From contig MU054323.1 of assembly GCA_013239625.1 (NCBI GenBank), positions 3,274,161-3,338,160 of the forward strand: a stretch of DNA of 64,000 nt. The letters are read 5' to 3'. Under the pieces are notes generated by a model. It was not told the DNA's origin. It saw only the letters and a program-made list of their open reading frames with translations, and made no database searches. The stretch is from Lama guanicoe (lineage: Eukaryota). The translations under genes and the position numbers were made by a program. Below, piece after piece: positions 1-12,642 of the stretch; position 1 is the first letter of the stretch, and every line of letters starts with the position of its first letter.

Positions 1-300
1 GGGGCATGGCAGAGTCCCAAGATGGGACTGCCAAACAGAGGAAAGCCACAGGGTGACACTGGATGGTAACACAAACAGGATTTTTTTTTCCTTGGGGCAG
101 GGAGGATTCAGTTTGTTTGTTTGTTTGTTTGTTTATTTATTTATAATGGAGGTACTGAGGATTGAACCCAGGACCTTGCGAGTGCTAAGCACTTGCTCTA
201 CCACTGAGCTATACCCTCCCTACCCAGAAATAAACTTTAATGGCTTAAACCAATACTGTTTTGGGGTTCATTTATTATAGCAGCTAGCATAATCCCAATC
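1..300 (+). mobile_element. Old MaLR (MLT1-type) LTR 3' part, interrupted by a SINE
   Basis: Ends in an MLT1-like tail ...ttttggggttcatttattatagcagctagcat (258-290); family from recalled consensus. Confidence 0.45.
81..220 (-). mobile_element. tRNA-Ala-derived SINE (camelid Vic-1 type)
   Basis: Minus strand reads gggagggtatagctcagtggtagagcaagtgcttagcactcgcaaggtcctgggttcaatcctcagtacctcca (A and B boxes, tRNA-Ala AGC-like), then a TAAA/CAAA tail. Confidence 0.9.
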
Positions 301-879
301 TGAAAGAAATTTAGTACAGTTAGAGAAATGAAGGTCAGGGGAGAGTTGGGGAGAGGAATGGGAAGAGAAGAGTAAGAGCTGAGGTGAAACAGGAGAGCCT
401 GTGCCAGATCAAGAAGACCTGATAAGTGCAGGAGAAAGTTGAGAAAGGCTTTGGCATGGACCAAAAAGCCAAATGGGTATGCTGTTTAAGTCACCCTTCT
501 GGATGATCTGATTCTAGGGTCTTCGTGTCTTTCTTTGCCTTTGGAGTCATTTAAAGCTTATAAATTATAGATAACTGATAGCAAGATATCTCTTGTCTAT
601 AAACCTGCAGATGAATTGTGATCCACAGAGGCACATACATTTTCCCAGCACCCATGGGAAAAGCCAGTTTTGCATCTATTTGTAAATTATTTCAACATTT
701 CTGATTGACCTACATAGGTGTGGTACTTTGAATTCTATTTTGAACTGGTTGTAACGAACTACTGGTTCTCTCGTTAAATAAAGGGATAAATAAAATCTTT
801 GACACATGTTAAGTGTATATTTGTATGAGAGTCATGATTTTATTTTTCTAAAGTAATATGCCTTAACATAAGCTATTTT

Positions 880-2480
880 GGACTTCATGTGAAGTATGAG
901 AGACCATTGAAGGGTTTTAAGCAAGGGAGTTGCATTATCAGATTTGCACTTTGGAAAGATTATTCTGGATGTAGTATGGGGAATGGATTAAAGTGGGCAT
1001 ATTGGAGAGAGGAGTCTGTCAAAGAAATATATGTGTGACTGATAGTGGCATAAACTAAGTAAGATGGTGGCAGTAGAATGGAGAGGTATAGATATGAGAT
1101 ATTTTTATTCAGGAGGTGTAATTGACAGAGTTGGTGACAGAAGGGATGAGAGTGGGGAACAGAGAAAGAAGTCAAGAATGGCTTCTGCACTATTTACAAT
1201 AGCCAAGACATGGAAACAACCTAAATGTCCATTTACAGATGACTAGATAAAGAAGTTGTGGTATATTTATACAATGGAATACTACTCAGCCATAAAAAAT
1301 AAAATAATGCCATTTGCAACAACATGGATAAAACTGGATAATGTTATTCTAAGTGAAGTAAGCCAGAAAGAGAAAGAAAAATACCACATGATATCACTTA
1401 CATGTGAAACTTTAAAAAAAATGAACTTACACAACAGAAATAGACTCACAGACATAGAAAACAAATTTATAGTTACAGGGTCGGGGGAAGGGCAGGGGAA
1501 GGGATAAATTGGGAGTTCGAGATTTGCAGATACTAATACATATAAAATAAACAACAAGTTTATACTGTATAGCACAGGGAACCATATTCAATATCTTGTA
1601 GTAAGTAATTTATTGTGAAAAAGAATATGAAAACAAATATATGTATGTTCCTATATGACTGAAGTATTGTGCTGTACACCAGAAATTGACACATCATTGT
1701 AAACTGACTATATGTCAATAAAAATATATTTTAAAAAAAGAATGGAGTTCTGGCTTAAGCAACTGATTAGATGGATATTATCTTAGGTCTGGAAGTGGAA
1801 GAGGAGTAAGTAGAGAATGAACATGTTAAATTTGTTATAGTTAAAGACTCTCCAAGAGACTTGTCTACTTAGCAACAGAATAAGAGGGCTTGAAGCTCAA
1901 GAGTGAGATCTGAGTTGATGATATTTATAGGGGAGTCATCTTGCAAATAAAAGACAATTGGGAGAAGGTTAAATGAGAAAAGAAAAGAAAAGAGCCCGAC
2001 ACAGAACCCTGAGAAACAGCAACATTTACAGGATAGACAATGGGAGAGAGAACTGCAGAGCAGAAAGAGGAGGAGCTGCTAGGGAATACACAGAAAACAA
2101 GAGTATGTTGTTAATTAGAAACCAGGAAAGAATTTCTAGCACTAAGAACAATTAACATATAAGATGCTGTAACAGGGGAGATGAAGACTGAAAAAGTGCT
2201 TGCTGAAATTAACCAGAAGAGCTTAAGTATCTAGTCCAGAGCAATCTGTTGAGGTAAAGACTGAAGCCAAGCTGCAACTGACTGAAGAGAAAGAAATTAG
2301 GAAGGAAGTGGAGACGATGAGGAGAGATCACATTCTCAAGACGTTTCTCAAGGAAGGAGATAAAAGAGAAAGGATGAGAGTTGGAGGGAATTCGAATCCA
2401 GAAGGTTTGTTTTCTTTCTTGTTTTCCTTTAATGCAGTAGAAACTACATTATATGCTGACGAGAAGGTACCAGTAGAAAG
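880..2480 (-). mobile_element. Degraded LINE-2 fragment, interrupted by L1
   Basis: Purine-rich L2-type tract (ccattgaagggttttaagcaagggagttgcattatcagatttgcactttggaaagat; agcccgacacagaaccctgagaaacagcaacatttaca). Confidence 0.65.
1187..1737 (+). mobile_element. 5'-truncated LINE-1 3' end (ORF2 tail + 3'UTR + A tail)
   Basis: Translates to ALFTIAKTWKQPKCP and WYIYTMEYYSAIK...HMISL; AATAAA at about 1717; imperfect TSD aagaatggcttct (1174-1186) / aagaatggagttct (1738-1751). Confidence 0.93.
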
Positions 2481-2619
2481 CAAGAAATTACAGACAGAAA
2501 AGAGAGAGAGAATATTGTTGAAAGAGTTTAAAGAAAATCTACAAAAATGGTAAGACATCCCTGTTAGTGGCTTGGAAAACAATATTGCTAAAATGGCAAT
2601 ACTCCCCAAATTGGTGCTA

Positions 2620-3355
2620 TTTTTTAAATTTCGGAAAATGTAATTATTTTTCATAAAATTATGTTGTCTATGTTAACATCTAATAGATTTAGCACTTTTT
2701 AATTGAAGTATAGTTGATTTACAATGTTGTGTTAGTTTCTGGTGTATAGCATAGTGATTCAGTCTACCTATATATATTCTTTTTCTTTATAGGTTATTAC
2801 AAATTTTTAAAATATAATTCCCTGTGCTATACAGTAGGACCTTTTTGTTTATCAATTCTGTATATAGTAGTTTGTATCTGCTAATCCCAAACTCTCAATT
2901 TATCCTTCCCCCACTTCCCCTTTGGTAACCATAAGTTTGTTTTCTATGTCTGTGAGATGTCTCTGTTTTGTAAATAATTTCATTTATATCATTTTTTTAG
3001 ACTCCACATATAAGTGATATCATATGATATTTGTTTTTCTCTGTCTGATTTACTCCACTTAGTAAGACAATCTCTAGATCCATCTATGTTGCTGCAAGTG
3101 GCATTCATTCTTTTTTATGGCTGAGTAGCATTCCACTGTGTGTGTTTATAGACATATATATATACTATAGCTTATTTTTCCAGTCATATTATTGTTATTT
3201 TTAAATGAATTTATAAATACTTCAAGTTTTTCTCAATTTTAACTTCTAATATGGTAACTATAAATACCTATAACCCAGATAAACAGCTCTTTGGTGTCCT
3301 CTATAATTTTTAAGAGTGCAAAGGGTTCTAAGACCAAAAAGTTTGAGAACCATTA
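2620..3355 (-). mobile_element. hAT-Charlie (MER33/Charlie1-like) fragment split by an L1
   Basis: Right end ...aagagtgcaaagggttctaagaccaaaaagtttgagaacca is a Charlie-type terminus; similar to the element at 28535-29010. Confidence 0.7.
2696..3185 (-). mobile_element. LINE-1 3' end
   Basis: T tail, then attgaagtatagttgatttacaatgttgtgttagtttctggtgtatagcatagtgattc...ttttttatggctgagtagcattcc: the reverse of an L1 3'UTR and ORF2 end. Confidence 0.9.
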
Positions 3356-3499
3356 ATGTAAGCCTTCTAACCAGCACAGTGGACAATGATTACTGATATT
3401 TGAAATGGTGACTTTGAGGAACTAAGAGCTGATATCAGCCAAGTTTTTTAACAGGGAAGGAAAGCAGATTTAAGATTTTCAAAATTCTTAATACTGTGG

Positions 3500-3945
3500 G
3501 TTTATACAGTTCTCACATTAATTTCAGTTTAGATTATTGGCTAATGAGTGTTTGCCCAGACAAGAAACTTCTTGTCTGAATCTGCTTCTTCACTTGTAAA
3601 ACTGAAGTAAGGTTTGCTTCCTAATGAAGCTTTAATTTCTTTACTCTCATGAAAACAAAAGGCAATCAGGCCTTGAAATATTTCTACCACAATTTAATTA
3701 TCCACCTCCAATCCCTCAAAGTATTTCTTGTCTCCTAATATTGGTAATTATCACCTTTAGCCAAATTAAATGTGTGATTTTTATTTTTAATTGCTCCAGG
3801 GCATTGGGAGGAGTAATTGTTAAGTGTTGCCTAAGTACTGTGAACGTGAAAAGTGCTATGTAATTATCACCGTGGGAAAATGACTTTTCCACGCGCTTGG
3901 CTATAATCACTAATTGGGCTTGTGCGGTTAAATTTTAACCTTCAG
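3500..3945. promoter_or_regulatory. Candidate developmental enhancer / conserved non-coding element
   Basis: Non-repeat AT-rich DNA with many TAAT/ATTA cores, a duplicated GTAATTATCACC, an RBPJ motif CGTGGGAA and three short palindromes. Confidence 0.4.
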
Positions 3946-4367
3946 GACTTCTGGAATGAACATGGTGACATAGGTTTAGCATCTTTCTGTTTTTACTTCT
4001 TTAAGTTATATAAGAGCTTCAAGAATTATGACCAAATCAGTGAACTTGATGCTTAGCAAAATTGGGAGCAGATGAAATCCACAGCCTTCAACATATGAAT
4101 CAGCGCAGCTAAGAGCGGCTGAAATCAGCCAGAAGCCATAAAGGAGGAGGTGGTGAAGCAATGGGAGGCCCAGGCAGCAGCAGAGTCCAGAAAGGATCAG
4201 CAAACATAGGCTTCCTAAGATGGAGTCACCTTGAAGAGAAGGTACTTGTCTCCCCTTGTCAATGGACTCGAGTGAGCAGGACTGGAGGTCGCAGTCCTGG
4301 AATCTGACTTATTTCAGAATAGCGGAGAAAGATGTCAACACAAATAATTAAACTGAGAAGCCATAGG

Positions 4368-4566
4368 CATTAGTCCGCTAGAGCTGCCATAACAAAGTAA
4401 CACAAGCTGAATGGCTTAAACAACAGAAATTTTTTGTCCCATGGCTCTGGTGGCCAGAAGTCCAAAGTCCTGCCAGGGCTTGGTTTCTTCTGAGGGCTGC
4501 GAGGGAGAATCTGTTCCATGCCTCTCACCTAGTTGCTGGTGACTTGCTGGCAGTCTTCTGGACGTA
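4368..4566 (-). mobile_element. MLT1 (MaLR) LTR fragment
   Basis: cattagtccgctagagctgccataacaaagtaacacaagctgaatggcttaaacaacagaaa is the reverse of the MLT1 3' end. Confidence 0.85.
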
Positions 4567-5258
4567 GGGCAGTGGGCCTCTTAGAAGGTACACTTTCCAG
4601 CAGGATTCAGAGCAGGCAGACCTGAGGACATGCCCTTTCCTGGAGACTCAGTTTCTGTTGATGCAGCAAAGCTGAACAAACAATCCACATCAAGGTAATA
4701 ATGACTTAAGTCCTCCCACCTTCTGATTGGTGTTTCAGAAAAGGAGACTGGGGAGGGTACCACTTAACTCCATTGAAATTAAGCTATCTATCATGGTAAA
4801 ATTTTAGTAGCGTTTTTAGGTAAAACCTCTCCCTCTGGGAAAGTATCAGGGGAGATGCTTGGAAAAGCTAGCTGGTTACTTTTGCCCCTGACATCACAAA
4901 ATTGGTTAGAGAAATGGGAAGTAGCAAGGGGCCAGAGAGCTGGCCCCTGTAAACCTGCCATGGACACTTGCCAAGGGGCCAGCTGGCTATGGCGGGGTGA
5001 TGCAGCAGACAACCCCGAGGAAATTGGCATGAACATGCAACCTGGCTTGCCTGCCACGCGGATGCCCTCCTCCTCCTTCAGAAGCAGGCCCGTCACCAAG
5101 CGTCCTGCCCTCTGTCATTGGCAAAAGGCCCAGCCAGTGACTGCCAGCAGGAGAAAGGAAGAGGAGGGGTGCAGGCAGTGAACAGCCATCTTCCCCAACC
5201 GGCTCAGCCCACCGGGATCTTCTCCTCCCCTGAGCTCTCCAGCCTTGACCACAGTGGC

Positions 5259-5305
5259 CAGGGCTGTCATGACACACAACTCCAGGGGGCGCCATTCCCG
5301 TGCAC
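5259..5305 (+). mobile_element. MER91B-like hAT-Tip100 fragment carrying a CTCF-like motif
   Basis: cagggctgtcatgacacacaactccagggggcgccattc. Confidence 0.55.
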
Positions 5306-7163
5306 ACCCAGACTGGTTCTGTTCAGTATTGGTGTATGAGCTTGTCTTAACTACCTCGGCTAGACAGCTCCTGGCAGGCCAGGGCAAGTTTCTAAACCTC
5401 TTTAAATACCAAAACACCTAGCGCTGAGCCCAGCTTGGTAAACATTTGCTGATGGATGGGCCATCCCGAAATGGGGTCATCAACCCTGAATCACAGATAA
5501 AAGAACTGTTTAGTCTTGGAAGAGCATGTATTTTAGAGTTCTGCAAACCCGCTACTGCCCAGCTTTGGTATCTGGTATGAACATTAGTCATTCAGAAATG
5601 TGACCTTTCGTGACACAGGGTGTCTCCGAGCAGCAGTGTGACCTGACCCACGGTGGCATTCTGGCCTGGCTAGTGTCCTCCCTAAAGGGGTTCGGTTTTG
5701 AACAGGGATTTCACGAGCTGCAGGCAGAGCTGACGCACCCTGCAGAGCCCTGAGTGGGCTTGGGATTAGCCATGCTCATAACCATTGTTTACACAGCCTC
5801 CGAGCAGGCCCAGGCTCACGTTTCTCCCAGAGGCCCGCGGTATTTCTCTCTGTGAGTTTTTTTTTAAGCATGAGATCTCAACCCCATACTTGAATACTTC
5901 TCCTCTAATGTAAGAGTCTGAGCAGCTAAATGATGCCTTGTTGGGCCCTCTCAAGCCTGCCTACCTTCCATCTGGCAACGAGTGCACAGTACGAACACTT
6001 TCAGGCACTGCCACAGCACTGTCTGGACGCTGGGCTGCCCTGCTGGAATCAGTTGCAAGTGATTGGAAAACAATGAGGGGGAAGAAAAAAAAAACAAAGA
6101 TGCTGAATTGAGAATTGGAGGACTGCAGTTTTAGCCAGGAGCTCGCTGGATAGCCCTGAGCTGGTGAGTTCTCTGTTCTCCATGTTGCTATTTGTAAGAT
6201 GGAACAAGAGGAGTGTGCCCCTGCCCTGCCATCCACAGGACTCCTGTCCCGAGCCCTGTGTCCCTCTGCAGATGAGAACTGGGAGGGTGGGATGGGACAG
6301 GCCAGCATCGAGCCCCTCAGCCCGTCCCTGGCGCCCTTTGCATGGATGACTGGGGTGGGGATGACACCTCGGTCACAGGACAGAGGTGGTTACATTTTTT
6401 CAGGTCAGAGACTGAGTTTGGAATTGTTCTCATGTCATAGTGCCCCAGATCTCTGATTCCCAAACTAATTATTGAGATCAATGAATTGATTCTTCTTTTC
6501 CAAGAACGCCAGTCTCCAAATGCCCAAGAATGAGGGGGCGGCCTTTAGTGTCTCCAGCTCCCTGGGAGGGCAGTGGGGGGACCAGCACCGTCTCAGGAGA
6601 CCTGGACCTGGCTTCAGTTCCAGTTCTACCCTCAACTCACAGAACGACATTGAGGAACTTCTTTCCCCTCTAGGGCCTCAGTTTCCCCAGCTGTGCAATT
6701 AGGGGTAGACTGAAAGAGTCCCAGCGTCCCTCTTGACTCTGAGGTTTGAGGCTGTTTGCCTTTCCTTCTCCATCAGGCCTTTTTCCTCCTTCTTTCCTCA
6801 TCCTCTCAGTCTTCTAATTCTTTTCCCCATTCTTGCAGGAGATCTTGGTTCTTTTTCTGGCTGGTCTTGGCTATTCTACTGATCTGGGACCCACTTTTCT
6901 CTATAGACAGTGAAAGTTTGATTCAGAGTGTCTAAAGGCTTACCCAGCTCTGATACTCTGGTTGTCCTGGGATGCCATGGGGTAAAGTCCCACCTGGTAC
7001 ACAGCTGGGAAGTGCTAGATATTCTGTGCTGGGCCTCTCCATTCACCCATCACTGGGAGACTTATCCCTTAGATGTCCCAGCTGCCACCTCACTGACTAG
7101 TCCAGATTTCTCAGGAGGACTTTGTGAAAATGTCTTAGACCGAGGTCAACAGGCAGAATCTGT

Positions 7164-7560
7164 TGCAATGCCTTTTTTTATGTGTCAGCTTAACAGCCTC
7201 CACTTATTCAATCAAACATAAATCTAGGTGTTGCAGTGCAAGTATTTTATAGATATGATTGAAGTCCATAATCAGTGGACTTTAAGTAAAATAGATCATC
7301 CTAGATAATCTGGGTGGGCCTATTTCAATCAGCTGAAAGCTTCAAGTGCAGAGCTGAGGCTTCTGTGAAGAAGAATTCTACCTGTAGACAGTAGCTTCCA
7401 GCCATGTCCCTGAATTCCACCTGCCTTCCTTCATGGCTTTCCTTACAGATTTCAGCTTTACCCAGCCAGTACCCGCAGTCACTAAGCCAATTCTGTGCAA
7501 TAATTCTCTTGATAAATACTTCCTACCCATTCTGTTTCTCTGGTTGAACCCTGACCAATA
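7164..7560 (+). mobile_element. MLT2 (ERVL) solo LTR
   Basis: Starts tgcaatg...ttttatgtgtcagctt; core gactttaagtaaaatagatcatcctagataatctgggtgggcc; ends tctgtttctctggttgaaccctgaccaata. Confidence 0.85.
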
Positions 7561-7902
7561 GCTTGTTCTGTGCCACCTCTGGTCTGACCAGTTGCCTCTA
7601 GGCTATTTCTGAAAACTATGAAATGGGGCTCCCTAATTTTTTAGTCCAGACCTTCATGACCTTGACAATGTGTATCAAGCATTTCCTACCTAGGCAGAAT
7701 TAATGTACCCTGACTCTCAGTCACATTCTGGCCAAGGTAAAATGAGGCTCCTGAACACTTTGCCTTTGCTGGTTTTTCAATCCCTCACTTGTACTTTTAC
7801 TTGATTTACTTGATTTTTACTTGATCTTGGGATTCTTTGCACATTTTATTCACCTGATGTTACTTTTAATGGCAAGATCTTCTAAATACATCTTGCTGAG
7901 AA

Positions 7903-8617
7903 AGGGGGAAGTGGTTAGAGTACAAGCTTAGCATGCACGAGGTCCTGGGTTCAATCCCCAGTACCTCCATTAAAAATGAATAAATAGATTCTACATATGA
8001 GCAATCTCATACGGCATTTTTCTTTCTCTTTCTGACTTATTTCACTCAGAATGACATTCTCCAGGGACATCCATGTTGCTGCATATGGTGTTATGTTGTC
8101 ATTTTTATGGTTGAATAGTATTCCATTGTATAAATATACCACATCTTCTTTATCCAATCATCTGTCAATGGACATTTAGGCTGTTTCCATGTCTTGGCTA
8201 TTGTAAATAGTGCTGCTATGAACACTGGGGTGCAGGTGTCTTTTTGAAGTAGGGAAACATAAATACAAAACAGAAACAGACTCATAGACATAGACTACAA
8301 ACTTGTGGTTGCCAAGGGGGAGGGGGTGGGAAGGGACAGACTGGGAGTTCAAAATTTGTAGATACTGACAGGCACATGTAGAATAGATAACCAAGATTAT
8401 ACTGTATAGCACAGGGAAATATATACAAGATCTTGTGAAAAACAATATGACAATGAACATATGTATGTTCATGTATAACTGAAAAATTGTGCTCTACACT
8501 GGAAATAGACACAACATTGTGAACTGACTATAACTCACTACAAAAAATGTTAAAAAAATGAATGAATAAATAAACCTAATTACTAAACCCCCGCAAAAAA
8601 CCAACCAACCAACCAAC
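7903..8617 (+). mobile_element. Vic-1-type SINE interrupted by an L1
   Basis: tRNA-like head 7904-7970; tail resumes at about 8560 (aataaataaacctaattac); 19-bp TSD aaatacatcttgctgagaa (7884-7902) / aaatacatcttactgagaa (8618-8636). Confidence 0.88.
7987..8558 (+). mobile_element. 5'-inverted LINE-1 (twin-priming product)
   Basis: 7987-8254 is the ORF2 end on the minus strand; 8255-8558 is the adjoining 3'UTR and A tail on the plus strand. Confidence 0.88.
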
Positions 8618-10074
8618 AAATACATCTTACTGAGAATGGAACATTCTACCGCCCTTACTACTCAATTAACAGCTACACTTAAACATCTGAAATGAAGACA
8701 AATAGTCAAGCATAACCAAGCATGTAAGTCTCCAGGAAATACAAGGATCTAGGGTCTGTGAGCTAAAACAATCCTGCAAATTGGGAGAATTACCAGCCCT
8801 CCTTGGAACTGGGGGCTGAAAAGGGGGCTTGGGCAGGTGAAACTAAAGAACCCAGAGTCCTCTGCCTTTTTGTTTTCAAGATCTGAGCCTTTAAACATCC
8901 CTCTTTTTATTCTGCAAATATAAACTTGCCAAATACCTGGACTATAAAAGTAATAAATAATGTAGATTCTATTAATGTTTGTCCCTGTTGGGTGAGCAGG
9001 GGATGGGCAAGACTGGTTGACCTTTTTTGTGCAGTTTATACAATGGAGAATATTGTCCTCTGAAGTCCAAGGGAAACAGAATGAGCCCAGTAGATCCCAG
9101 TAGATCGAGGGGCTGGGAGTAGGCTGGGATGGGGAGGGAGGGGGTCCCCTGCAACAACAGCTGATGTTAGTGAAAATTACATAGAAGACAAAGTTTCCAA
9201 GTGTCTTCTACTCTCAGACCATCCCAGCCACAGGGTTCAGAGTTTGTTGATCCGCAGTGAGCATGAGACTTTGAAAAAGCCCCTGCCCCTCTCTAGAATG
9301 AAGTGGGGCTGGAATACTAGTGTCGAACCCTTTCAGCCCTAACCTGGAGTGGACTGCCCTTCCTCCTTCACTCCGTGCATCCATTTTCTTCTTGCTTCTG
9401 GCTTGTGCCAAGAGGGATTGGCTGCTTTGGAACAGGACCTTCTGATTGCTCATCCAGCATCCAGCCCTATATCTGGGGCAGCTGCTGAAGGCCTGTCTGG
9501 GCCTGGTGGGAGGATATCTGCACAGGCTGCCAGCAGTGAGGAGTGCCCCAGCCTCTCAGCTGGTCTCTTGCAGGCTGCACGGTGGCTCTGACTCATTGTT
9601 CTCCTCCCACAGCTTGCAGCCAGGGAGGGAGAGCTCAGCTTGGAGCAACAAAAGGCATCAGCCCCATGGACATTCTCAGGCTTCTGCCCTCAAGGCCAGC
9701 AGTGAGCTCCTGCTCTGGAGGCTGTAGCTGGTCTCAGCTTTGCCCACTCTGCAGGTCACAGTGGCCACAGCTGGTGTGTCTGGGGAACTGACAGTTCAGG
9801 ATAGTGTTGCTTCTGGCCTTTTGAATGTGATGAGAGATGAGCAGGGTATGGGGTAGGGGGTTTACTCACAATATAAACTTGTAGCTAACTGGGGGTAATA
9901 TTTTGGGAAAATATTAATGTGCTTTGCCCTTTTGCCTTTTTGAGTATGTAACATTCTCTAATTTTCCTGAAGCATTCATTTACATGGGAAAGATTAAGAT
10001 TGTGCTAGAAGGAATACAGAAAGGAAGAAAGCATTAACACCTTTTGACACTCGAGATTTTTATAGTTTTAAAAA

Positions 10075-10805
10075 TATATAATAGAATTACAATAACTACA
10101 TCTTCAAAGTGTACAATTTGATGAGTTTTTTACCTATGTAGACATCTGTGGAACAGTCGTCACAGTCAAGATACCGAATACATTCATTACCCCCTAAAAT
10201 TTCCTTGCTCCCCTACCAGTTCCCAGGTAAGCATCAATTTGATTTCTGTCACTATAGATTAATTTGCATTTTCTAGAAATTTACACACATGGAGTCAGAC
10301 AATATTTACCTGTGTTTTGTCTGTTCTCTTTCACTCTGCGTAATTATTTTGGGACTCATCCTTGCCCTTGTGTAGATCAGTAAGCCATTCTTTTCTATTG
10401 CCGAGTAATATTTCATTGTATGGATCTCCCACAATACATTTATTTACTCAGTGATGCACATTTGATTGTTTCCAGTGTTTGGCTATTATGAAGAAAGCTC
10501 CTGTGAGCATTTGTGCATAAGTCTCTGTGTGGATATATGCTTGCATTTCTTTCCAGAAAGTTTATAGGAATTAAATGTCTGAGTCCTATCATCAGTATAT
10601 TTTTACCTTTTTTAGAAACTGCCATACTGTTACCACACAGTTGTAATATTTTCACTCCCACCAGCAAGGTTTGAGAGTTCCAGCACTTTGCCTTCTCACC
10701 AACACTTAATCTAGCCAGTCTTCATCATTTTAGCCATTCTAGTGGGCGTAAAGGGGTATTTCATTATGCTTGTAATTTGCGCTTCCCTAATGACTAATGA
10801 CATTC
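10075..10805 (-). mobile_element. Old L1M (L1MB/MC-like) 3' region
   Basis: aaagtgtacaatttgatgag...tttccagtgtttggctattatgaagaaagctcctgtgagcatttgtg...ttgtaatttgcgcttccctaatgactaatga. Confidence 0.85.
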
Positions 10806-10934
10806 AAAATAAGATATGTAGGAAGACATTACCCCAGCTAGCCTGGCTATTGCTTGGGGAGAGGATTTTCTACATTCCTTTATACTGAAGCAAAATACCA
10901 CAGTGCTTAAAACATAGGTGTGGCATTGCATAAT

Positions 10935-11790
10935 AACCTACATACAAAGATATTCATTGCAGTGTTCTTTGTAATAGCGGAACAATGAAAAAGTTAAGTA
11001 TCCATTAATAGAGACCAGGTCAAGTAGATTATATATTATATCGGTCAGGTTCTCCAGAGAAACCATAGGATGTGGATATATAGAAAAAGAGATTTATTTT
11101 AAGAAATTGGCTCATATGATTGTTGAGGTTTGGTGATGCTAAAATCTGCTGAAGGAGGCCAGCAGGCTGGAGACTCAGGAAAGTTCCAGTTCAAGTCCAG
11201 AGGCATCCAGGTTAGAGAGCCTGGAAGAAGCCCATGTTGCAGCCCAAGTTCAAAAACACTCTGCTTGCACTCAGATTTTGTTCCATTCGGGACTTCAACT
11301 GATTAGATGAGGCCCACCCACATTATGGAAGGCAATCTGCTTACTCAAAGTCCACCAATTTAACTGTAAATCCTATCCAAAAACACCCTCACAGAAACAT
11401 CCAGAATAATGTTTGACCAAATATCTGGACACCCCATGGCCCAGCCAAATTGACACATAAAATTAACAAAGGTATGAATGGAATGCTAAGTAGCCATTAA
11501 AAAGGAAAGGCAGTTCTATTTGTACTAAAATAATATCTCTCCAAGACAAATTATTAAGTGGAAAAAAAACAGCTGAAGACACTATGTAAAATATGCTACT
11601 ATTATAAAAACTTTTAATAATATACATGGTTATGATTGCAGATACATAGTATATATCTCAACGGACATACAAGACATTATTATGGGGGAGGAGGAGGTTG
11701 CCTCCAAAAAGAGGAACGGAGTGATTAGGGGATTGAAAAGAAATAGATGAACTTTTTATTTCGGTCTACATCTTTGCTATTTTTTGGCAT
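10935..11790 (+). mobile_element. Ancient L1ME-like 3' fragment interrupted by MLT2
   Basis: catacaaagatattcattgcagtgttctttgtaatagc before the LTR; atggaatgctaagtagccattaaaaagga after it. Confidence 0.6.
11033..11468 (-). mobile_element. MLT2B-like (ERVL) solo LTR
   Basis: ggttctccagagaaacc...aagaaattggctcatatgatt...gatgaggcccacccacattatggaaggcaatctgcttactc...gccaaattgacacataaaattaac. Confidence 0.88.
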
Positions 11791-12370
11791 GTACTGAAGC
11801 CTTTGCTTTAAATGCCAGCTCCATAGATTAGCGATGTGTCCCAGCCTTTTCTTCTTGAGGGCTGCAGGCACAGGGGTGGCTACTTTAGAGCAAAAATGAT
11901 GATAAGGGGGGATGGGCCGGGATGAAGACCAGAGGATGCTCGAGAGTGGCGTGGCCTCACCCATTTGCTGTGGGATGGACAGTCCAGGCCAGGGACTGAG
12001 GAAGACAGGGCTGGAGTTTGGGAAAATGGGGGTGGCACAGGGCACTGTGAGAACCAGGATGAGGTTGAGTCGATTAAGAAGCACCATCGCTCCACTAAGC
12101 CAAGCTTTTTCTTTGCAGTGAAGTCAGGCCTGCTTACTTCTCCATCCAAAGATGGGAAAAATGACATAAATCCCATAGGCCTTTAAACTCACCCAGAGGA
12201 AATCTTTTTCTAAACTAGACTCTGCCCTGACATTTTGGCCTTGCAAATGTATGTGAAGAGACCCCTGTCTGGACAGGGGGCCCAAAGAGGAAATCCCTGC
12301 ATGAGGTGAACAGGTGAATCCTCTGTTTGTCAGCTCTTTAAGGTTTGGACTCCACAATAAGGTTTTGCTC

Positions 12371-12574
12371 AAAAAAGAAAAGAAAAAAGAAAGAAAAAAA
12401 GAAAGAAAAAGAGGGAAAAAAGAAAGAAAGAAAAGAAAAGAAAGAAAGAAATGTGACAATGAGTGTGTATATGTCCATGTATGACTGAAAAATTGTGCTG
12501 AACACTGGAATTTGACACAACATTGTAAAATTATTATGAATCAATAAAAAATGTTAAAAAACAAAAGGAAAGGA

Positions 12575-12642
<68 letters not shown>

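Noticed and set aside
146..220. tRNA-Ala(AGC)-like sequences (also 7904-7970, 25537-25590, 46250-46327)
   Set aside because: They have SINE tails, broken stems and in two cases clear TSDs; these are SINE heads, not tRNA genes.
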